Shown: positions 55,049 through 64,000 of the stretch, piece by piece
Position numbering within the stretch: the stretch's first letter is position 1
Layout of the letters: every line of letters begins with the position of its first letter
Assembly (NCBI GenBank): GCA_038496445.1
Contig: JALMLS010000593.1
Span: 1-64,000, forward strand
Origin: Trichosphaerium sp. ATCC 40318
Taxonomy: Eukaryota; Protista; Tubulinea
Direction: 5' to 3'
DNA length: 64,000 nt
Program-made: the position numbers and the translations under genes
The notes under the pieces: generated by a model
Seen by the model: the letters and a program-made list of their open reading frames with translations, nothing else
Databases searched by the model: none
What the model was told of the DNA's origin: nothing

Positions 55049-56910
55049 ATGAGCAAGTTATCTGTGTCTATAGGTTCGTTGCACCCTTTTTGTTTCCCTA
55101 CGCATGTCTAACGCATTGAAGTAGTGATTTTCCTTATAAACGTGACGTTTGTGCTTTGTACTCTAGAAGTACATAGAACAGGTACAAATGGCACCGAAAC
55201 GCTATTGTCTGTTCGCGTAGCTAGTATTCAGTATAAGAATTCTAAACAGTGGACAAATGAGTCTGGTATATTACAACAGTATACCAACAACATAAACATA
55301 ACGGATAGAGCGGTCGTATTGGATATTTTCGAATTGCACGATATTGAACGAGTAGTCGGTACACAACAATCCTTTCTTTTTTGTAAACAAGCTAAATAAT
55401 CATATAGCCGCTCAAAACGCAGGTGCAAGTGCAATGATATTAGTATCAACCAACCTAAACTATGGTACAGCGCGGACAAATTAAAATCGATTTATTCGAT
55501 TTATTCTGAACCGTTGCCTTAGAACCTGGAATAATACAAATGATTAACTACGCTGGGATGGACTACGACTCTGTGACTATTCCTCTAATCGAGATTTCAA
55601 GGGATGACTACAAAGACCTCGAAGACATCATCGCCTCTGCAGGCAATGTAACGTTAACAGTGTCTATTGAATCAGGTACGGTTATAAATAACTAAACAAC
55701 CTGGTGTACAATGACTGTACTGACATGAGTTAAACAGAGGAAAATCCTTGGGATTCTAATCCAAGACAATGGTTTATCTTGGTATTTTGGAGAATATTTA
55801 GTGGCACTTTGTCTTGTGGAACACTTGTTCTTATCGGCTTTATTATCTTTATTAACTTGAGGAGCCCTAAGATTAACATGATAGCCTTATTTTCAATGGG
55901 GACAGAGATAGTAGTACACATTTGTACGTTACAAACATATTCATGTTTGAAAATCGAAAAAAACAATTGTGTTTGACTGACACGTGTATTTTTTAGCTAT
56001 ATTACTTTGGCTTGTAATAGAGGCTTGGTCTACAAAACCAGACCATATTCTGCCGTTTGAAGCACAAACAATATTTCAAACAGTAATGCTACCTTTTGAG
56101 TTCATTACAAACTTGTTGGTTGCTCTCTTTATGTACGCAACAAACTCAAACATGTTTATCATTTTATCTTACTAACTTTCTTCAAATTAAAGACATGAAG
56201 CAATCTCTCAAGTATCATTAAGAGTCTCAACATTCTTAACAGCCTATTCTAACTACTTTATTGCATTTGCAATAACTATTCTTATAATTGACCTTTCTCT
56301 ATCATTCTTCAGGTACAAAGGAACCAAAAAACAATTCCAAGCTAACTTTATTACTTAGAGCATTTTCTGATAATTTTCTTATATTTCTATTCCCGGCAGT
56401 CTACTGGGTCATACTGTCTATTTCTACTATATCCTACTACACCTATCTTGTAATAAAACTACACAAATTCTTTGCAAACGCTGAAACAAAAAAGGCCAAG
56501 AAACGTTACTTCTTTGCATCAGTACGTATACAACAAACCCACCTTACCTTTCTTCACCATCTCAACATTTGTAGAAACTTGTTAAACGACTGATGTACTC
56601 AACAATTGGTATTGTTATATTTCTGATTGCAACTGCAAATGTACTCAATCCTTGGTTCAATACAGCTTTTGGTCATGCTGTTATAACTTGGTTTGCGCCT
56701 TTAGGCATACAAATAACAAGTGTGGTTCAAGTATCATGCTTCTTGCCGAATAAACTATCAACACTTGCAACAACCATGTCTAAAAGTGGGAAATCAAAAA
56801 CAAGATCAGCTAACACAAACAGTGATGCTGTGCCTCAAGCGGCAATCACTTCTAATTCTACTATCGAGATGGAGACACGTGCGGAAGATACTGATGACTA
56901 CTCAATTTAA
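55049..56910 (+). CDS. PA-domain-like ectodomain + multi-pass (~7TM) membrane protein
   Basis: Signal-like start, NITDRAVVL…VTIPLIEISRDDY (PA-like), EENPW, then ~7 hydrophobic helices and an S/T-rich tail. Confidence 0.6.
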
Positions 56911-56992
56911 GATCAAACAAAACACATTGACTATAACGATAAACACTCGCGCACATGATTTGTCTCAACAAAATAAAAGAAATTGTAATTAT

Positions 56993-59619
56993 TTATTTGA
57001 CATACTTCTTTCCACATCTTGCTTCTTGAGTACAAACACACTTATCCGGGCATGTAGTTATACCTCTACTACTCAAGCGAGCATTATGTGCGTCATATCT
57101 TTGGGAAAACAACCATTAGCATCGAAATAAAAGCATGCACAAAAAACCCAACTTGCCTTCTCAAAAACTCCTCATCTTCTGTCGTTAGATCTTCTCTGTA
57201 GTTCCAAAAAGACGCCCCTGCTGCAGCACCTCTTGGCCATATACATGAACTAAAAGATTCTATAATTGCGAAGGTAAGAAACTTTGCAAGATATTAAGAA
57301 GACAAATTGGTTACCTTCGAAAACCTTTGTATATTTGACTTCAGACATCCAAGCTACATCACCAGTTCCAACGTAATGATCACACCACATAGCAGTTTCT
57401 CCGCCATACATGAACTTTAATTGTTCAGGAGTGAAATCAGGAGCAATGTCAAGCTACCATCAAACTCTTAGAACAGACCATAAAATTCTGGAGCAAATCG
57501 ATACTTACCCACATACAATTCTTCTTTGTGTTGGGGATGGTACAAGATGAAGGTGAATCTAAGTATCTAGTACGCTATTTAGATTGTTATTGGACCTACA
57601 CACGCACAGTTGGCCATCATTAGCATCCACTGAATAAAATCCATCAGATGTAGTTTTGCCAGCGGCATCAGAATGCCAAAGTTCAATTACTGTACCATTG
57701 ATGGCCTAGGACCTCTTAATACTTGCTGTAGTAAATATTGGACTAGAAAATAAGGGGTACCGATTTGGTAGTGAAGTATATTTCATCCCAACCCATTGGC
57801 ATCTTATCCTCACTTTGTAAAAATCTAAAGAGCTTTTCTTCCAATACACGTGTCTTGTCTGAATAAAAATATAAGTGTTATTTACGAACTGAAGCAAATC
57901 ATGTACCGAGAGTGCATGGTCCTACAACGCCTGTTTCATCGCAACCAAGGTGAAAGACTTCATCAGGGAACAACGGAATCATTTCAGAAAAAATATCTAT
58001 CAACATCGAGTACGTTTGGTTCTGTTTAAATATGTCAATCACCCAAGAATAAGATTATAGTATGTCTCACCTTTGGATCGTCAAAAAGTTGTTTCTGGTT
58101 TTCGGAACAGAACTTCATACCGGCCTCAGCGAGAGGCGCAAATCCAGATGAATGTCCTGGAATATCAAATTCTGGGATGATTCTGATACCTCTATTTTTA
58201 GCATACGCAACAAGTTCTTTAATATCACTTTGCTTATAGAACTGACCATTCAATCCATCAGTTAGTTGAGGATACTTTTTAGTTTGAATTCTAAAAGCGC
58301 CATAATCGGAAGCATGGAAATGTAGTACGTTCATCTTAGTTGCTGCCATTCCATCCATAATCTGCTTACATAGGTCCATTGGCACAAAGCGGCGGCTAGT
58401 AGAATTAATGAACATTGTGTCAATCTTTTTAAGCACGTGATATATAAAATAAATTGTAAAAATAAATATTCTGTATATTCACACGTGCGCACCCAGTGTC
58501 AATCATTAATCCACGGTAATTAAAATTAGGAGCATCAGTTATTTCCACAGTAGTAAAAGAGAACAATCCATCAACAATAAGCTGAGCAAAGCTCTCCATT
58601 CCGTACATTGCACCGTAAATTGTTTCTGCTTGAATCTAAAAAATGATTAACATCTGACCTTTCATAACACGTGATAACATACAGATGCTACATTCTGGTT
58701 AACAGTAAGAGAATAACTATAATCCGTCGAAGCACCGAGGTATTCAGAACCAGAAGAAACCTGATACACATTAGAATGTGGAGTTTTTTTGGGTCATTTA
58801 GAAAATCACGTGTTGGAAATCGTGGCGTACACTAATCTTTAACGACATTATATTGTTATCACCTGGTTTTGCTATAGCTTTTATGAGCGTCTGATAGCGC
58901 AAGATAGCATCCAATAGCGTTGGCGAGTTGATGCTCGGGATAATAAAGAAATTAGGTGCCAAGCCACGAGGTTTGCCAGCCACAGTAACTAAAAAACAAA
59001 GTCAGAAGGATGCCTCTTTTTTTTTTGGTAAGAAAAGTATTTTTACCTTTCTGTGGGAAGGGAAATAGAGTGGATGTATCGTATTGTTGAGGTACAGCAT
59101 ATATTAAGCAGCGTCCACTTGAGTGCTTGATGTGGCCATTACCAGTCATTACAAATTGTTGAGCTTTCCCGAAATGACACTCTGTCATTTGTACGAGGTC
59201 ATTTGGGAGTACTAAACGAAACGTTCAGCACATAATCTTTTTTGTAGAAGGTGTAGAGCTGTACCTTCCAAACATAAACCTTCTGATTTTAGCTGATATG
59301 AAGGGGTTAACTACCAGCTGGCTGGATGGTAATAATAGCGTACAAAGTTTGTTAGTTGAGACCACTGTTGTGGTTCTACAGTATTACAAGGCTGTAGACT
59401 GAGCGTCGTGTCAAGTAACGTCACACACTAATTAATTTGAGTTTGGATGACACCACGCGCACTAACCAAAGTAGAATCCTCTGTGGAGCGTAGTATTTGG
59501 CCATCCCATTGAAACGCACTAATAAAATCCTTTGAGGCACTCGAAGGGCATTTCGCAACCCTGAAAGAGGCACTCGCCGCAACTACAAATATGGCAATTA
59601 AAAAGGCACTTACGCGCAT
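56993..59619 (-). CDS. secreted beta-hexosaminidase (GH20) with N-terminal ricin-B-like module
   Basis: Signal peptide, AQQFVMTGNGHIKHSSGRCL, DAPNFNYRGLMIDT, KMNVLHFHASD, IPEFDIPGHS, FHLGCDE, GGETAMWCD, WPRGAAAG. Confidence 0.92.
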
Positions 59620-59831
59620 TTTGCGTAGACACGTTTTTTGACAACAACATGCGTTGACCAATCAAAGTCGAAGCAAAAAAATCAAGAGTACCATTTTGTT
59701 ACCAAGAGGCGCACCGCAAGGTCACTGGGAATCTGTGTTGCACTATAATGTAACAGTGCTGTACTAAGCTTCGCTTAATCAAATAAACAAGACAAACAGA
59801 ATCATGATTACAATTTTTTGGAAGTTTTTAT

Positions 59832-62755
59832 TTATTTTTGACTTTGTTTTTTCTTGTCTTCCAGTGTTGTCCAAAGATCAACATCTTTCCCTCCGTACTT
59901 CAATACTATTTCTATAGCTTCAGTATGCTCATCTTTTCGTACAATTGAAAGAGGTGTATTTCCGTCAATATCCATTGCATTGACATTTGCACCACGTTCT
60001 AATAGAGCTTCTATCACTTCGACTTGACCCACTATAAACAGCGGTTAAATATTGAACTCTTAAATGAATACACTGTACCATAGCAAGCAGCATGGATAGC
60101 TTGTTTGCCATCAGTAATAGCAGCATGGATATCAGCGCCTTTCTCCATAAGGGTAAGGGCGATTTCATCCTCTCCAGTTTGAATGGCCATAAATAGTGCA
60201 CTCAATCCATCCTTGATAGACGTCACATATTGTATTGGAAGTATGAAATACTTACTTGAGTGAGTGCATGTATACAAGACTGATTGGCATCGATTATCAT
60301 CTCAGATATAGTTTGTAATTTTTCTTGCAAGGCGGCAATGAGTGGTGTCACTACAGCAACAGTTAAATACTTTTTTTATCTTAGTTTTCACAGGTACCTC
60401 CACGTCCATCTGCTATCGTAACATCAGCGCCTTTATCCACGAGGTATGCCTTTAGTAAGATGTCAGGTAAGTAAACTATAGATTACTCTCTTCGTACTGC
60501 AGCGCGGTCTTGGCGACTATTAACGGCACACATCAAGGCAGTTCTTCCATCATGTGCGCGCTTATCAAGGGTAGCCATACCTTTTTCAACTATGAACCTT
60601 TTTTGCGCATGAGAAACTTAATGGGCATGAATATACTTACCTTACACACTCCAGATCGCCATTTATTGCAGCAAACATTAAAGGTGTTATTCTGTCTGGG
60701 TGTTAGATATTAAGATAAAACCTAGCAAGTACCCATCATCATTTGGTTGGTCCCACAGCGGCTTATATGGTTCAAATAATAGCAGTATGTCACGTAAGCT
60801 AAGTTGTCATCAGTGATGTCTCAAAGTGAGAGTCTTACCCGTCAGCGGCAACGTTGTGTAAGGGTGAGTCTCCATCAGCATCTTGAGCTGTTACTGAAGC
60901 ACCACGTTCCACCAAGAACCTTATAGTAGGAACGAAGTTGCCAGTTGAAGCCAAGTGAAGCGGCGTTTGTATTTTCTTATTAACATCTTGAATTGAAAGT
61001 ATTCCATTCCGTTCTAACCACTTAAGAACCTAACAACATTATCAATTTTGAACTACAACGACTATAGCAACGTACTTCTAACCTCCCATGCTGAGCAGCA
61101 ACAATTGTTAATGTCTCATAGCTATGATTTTTAACAGATGTATCGGCATTGTATTTGCGGAGTATGGAAGCAGCTGTCAAATGTCCACCAAGCATAGCAT
61201 ACATCAAAGGTGTGGAACCTGTTATATCCGGCATATCAACAAAAGAACCGTTGTTAATAAGAAGCTCAATAACCCCCTCTGTTGCGCCTTCACAAGCTGC
61301 TGCATGTAACGCAGAACTTCCCTAAGTCTCTATTAGAAAAGTAGATACTACAAAGTACCTCATCGTCCTGAGCATTCACATTTGCGCCATGATCAATTAG
61401 TAATCTAGTAGCTACAATGTCGTTGTCTACCACAGCAAAATGGAGTGGTGTTAGACCACCTTCTTGGAAAACGTTTGGTTCGTCGCCATGCTCTAGCAAA
61501 AGGCGTAGCATGTCATGTCTACCAAGAACAACAGCAACATGTACAGGTGTTGCCCCAACATGCATCTTTTTAGCTACAAAAAGTTGAGCGTAGCGTCTGA
61601 CCTTGTCTATGTCCACAACATCCTTACGGAGCTCTTCAAAAAGGTACGGTTGCGGATTTGAAGCCTCTGGATCTGGATTTGGCTCTTCCGTATCTCCAGA
61701 ATGAGTGTCTGATTGCTTTGGAGTCGGCAAAACATCAACTTCCAGAACGGGCTTAATCTCCTCGATTTCAAGCTTTTCTTGTTGATCTATAACTTCCTTT
61801 GCCAACTCATCACTGACATCAATAATAGACCTATTCTTAGATAGCTCCATAGCATAGTTTGGGTTCAAATATGGATTTATATCATTTCCAGGATCTTCTG
61901 TTGTTTCATCTTCCCACTGAATATCTGTTATTACATCTTCAAATTCTCCTGTTGAATCCCTCTCTGTCATAACATAGGGTACTTCAATAAAATCTGTTGC
62001 ATTCTTATCGAAATTAGCATGTGTATTTTGAATAATCTGTGTTTGAGCGCTTCGTCCTGTAACAGTAACATTTGCTGCCTTTTCCAACTCTTCAACTTCT
62101 CTCAGTTGTTTAGACTTTTTAAACGTTGGCTTGGGGATACTCTGTCCAGTGCCCATGCCAAGGTTCAACGAAGATGGTGCACTTGGACTTGGAATCTTAT
62201 CCGTTGAAATACCTCGGTTCTGTGCAGCCTCAGCTAATTGAACCCTATTTTTTGAAAGTTTGAACAAAACTCATCTTTGAAGAGAAACATATTGTGCGGT
62301 ATGACATACTTTATGTGACGTCTAGCGAACGCTTTCCTCTCTTTGGGTGACTGGAGTTTCCTGAGAGCTTCGTCATCACAAGAATAAACGTCCCTGCGAA
62401 TAGCTGTTTTAAATTTGCTTGAAATGGAAACTTTACGCGAGGTGACATCTAAAATGTGTCAAGTGGCGAATATAATCATTTTTAATGTACCCTGTGAGCC
62501 GAACTTCTTAGCAATTACCTCCATTTCTTCTTGCACGATTTTTAGAACTTGTTTCACCATTTTTTCCTTTGGTCTGTTCTTTTTAGCAACGAACTTCTTC
62601 CCCTACGATTCATTAACGCCTACAGACAAGTATGGATATATCTCAATAAAAGGGGTTCTATATCGCTTCAATAGCAATGTACCTTGCCAAGAACAGTAGC
62701 GCTGGTAGTGAAAGGCCGATTTACGCATAAAAATACTGAAGTACGTTTTACGCAT
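59832..62755 (-). CDS. ankyrin-repeat protein with acidic N-terminal region
   Basis: Many TP[L/V]H-type repeats (GATPVHVAV, GLTPLHFAV, GSTPLMYAM, DSPLHNVAA, GNTPLSIV). The start is inferred. Confidence 0.85.
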
Positions 62756-63573
62756 TGCTGCGAGCTGGACACGCGACGTAGCACCACAGGGCGCGTTTTT
62801 TGCCTGTCACAGGTTATTTACGTACAGTAGGCACTAAAATGCTTCTAACCTTATGGTCCTCGTTTGATTACGTGTAACTAGTCTCATTACGCTTGTTAGA
62901 GATGTCTACGCATACAGTTGTAGTTGTAAATTCAGCGCAATATTTCAAATTCAATAAGTGTCAAAGGCACTGATGGTGTCAAGCAAAAACGAAAATTGGC
63001 GCCTAAATGCGCTCAAAGATAGCTTTGGTGTACTCATGGGACTTGATAAACAGTGGTTGCACGTGTCAGTACAGCATACTTCCTACAACACCGCTCTACA
63101 ACTGTAACTAGTTCGTTCAAGTAGTAAAATACAAAACTCATATCCTCATCGCCGAATACGCTGTTTAAATTTACACGTAACGAACTCAGCTTAAAGATTT
63201 TCTGAGAAAGTACCCAGACTGGCACTTTGACGCGCATTCAGTGTGGATAGACCACAAACGCATAAAAATACTATTCTGTTACTAAACTTATTTTCCTCCA
63301 AAAACTCTTAAACTAAGCGCTAAAACATTCTCGGGTTTGCGTTAAACACGAATATTCGGTGTATTTAGCTTATTTTCATGGCAGTTGAAAATTCAGGCTA
63401 TTTTCATCCAGAGAGCTTCTTTCGCTATGTAATGCGTTTTGGAGGGATGAATATTGTACAGTGAAGGTATTTCGAAGTTTCGAGAAATTCGCAGAATTTT
63501 CGATATTTTCAGATACACAATTATTGTAGCAGGGCACAACACGTAACAAAGCAACTCTCTCCTCAACCAAACC

Positions 63574-64000
63574 ATGAGTCAACCTGCAGTTATCCGTATC
63601 AAGCCATACCACTACATTCATGTTTTGGACAACAACAAGTAAGTTTTACTGCACTTTGCAAAGAAGCTGCAAAAAAAATAGCCGATGCGTTCTTACGCTC
63701 CCCTAGGAACGTTACGTTCGTCGAGATCGGACCACAGACGTTCACTCGTCAAGATCACCAAAAAGTTATTTCTGGTCCATCTGCTATGGTAATGGTTCCA
63801 CCTAGACACTACTGCATCATTCAGAATCCAGTACAAAGGTACGAAAGCGCTAAAAGACCTGGCGGTTAACCACCAGTTCCAGAAAAAACTTTTAACTAAT
63901 TTTTTGTCAATAGAGCCGAAGATGGCACAACAATCGTTGATAAGCTTGGCCAAATTAAAATCTCCCATGGTGACGAAGAGATTCGCTTCGAGCAAGAGCC
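63574..64000 (+). CDS. MVP: major vault protein (5' part)
   Basis: Not in the ORF track. The spliced reading is MSQPAVIRIKPYHYIHVLDNNK|NVTFVEIGPQTFTRQDHQKV…MVPPRHYCIIQNPV…LGQIKISHGDEEIRFEQEP, i.e. MVP repeats 1-2. Confidence 0.95.

Noticed and set aside
62756-63573. Vault RNA next to MVP
   Set aside because: No convincing Pol III A/B boxes or terminal stem.
63376-63995. Minus-strand ORFs at 63376-63621 and 63693-63995, and similar antisense ORFs (e.g. 15769-16113, 19100-19444, 35469-35840)
   Set aside because: They are shadows of real genes on the opposite strand (MVP, PRP4K, VWA protein, polymerase).

Overview
This is eukaryotic nuclear DNA from a compact, AT-rich, intron-dense protist genome. 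Gene content (TSET/TPLATE, mitochondrial RecA, sestrin, MVP, ligase III with a macrodomain) fits Amoebozoa; this is an inference. About 25 protein-coding genes are split by many short (~45-60 nt) GT-AG introns, so the ORF track shows only fragments, and gene boundaries below are my manual reconstructions. In order: RRM protein, SRF-type MADS-box factor, CaMK1/MLCK-like kinase, orphan, ZUP1, orphan, RUS1, small orphan, PRP4 kinase, U-box-VWA-Vint(Hint) protein, sestrin, fused aspartokinase-homoserine dehydrogenase, bZIP, EGF-like multi-TM protein, RecA, family-A DNA polymerase, TPLATE, USP47-like, PB1-TKL kinase, SDHAF1, DNA ligase III, PA-domain multi-TM protein, GH20 hexosaminidase, ankyrin protein and the 5' end of major vault protein. 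The most interesting signals are four. (1) An unannotated ~300-350 nt highly base-paired element, a probable ncRNA, at ~30.73-31.1 kb. (2) A strong excess of the palindrome CACGTG, mostly in introns. (3) A ligase III-macrodomain-double-BRCT fusion. (4) A U-box E3 joined to a self-cleaving Hint domain. No tRNA, rRNA, CRISPR array or transposon was recognised.
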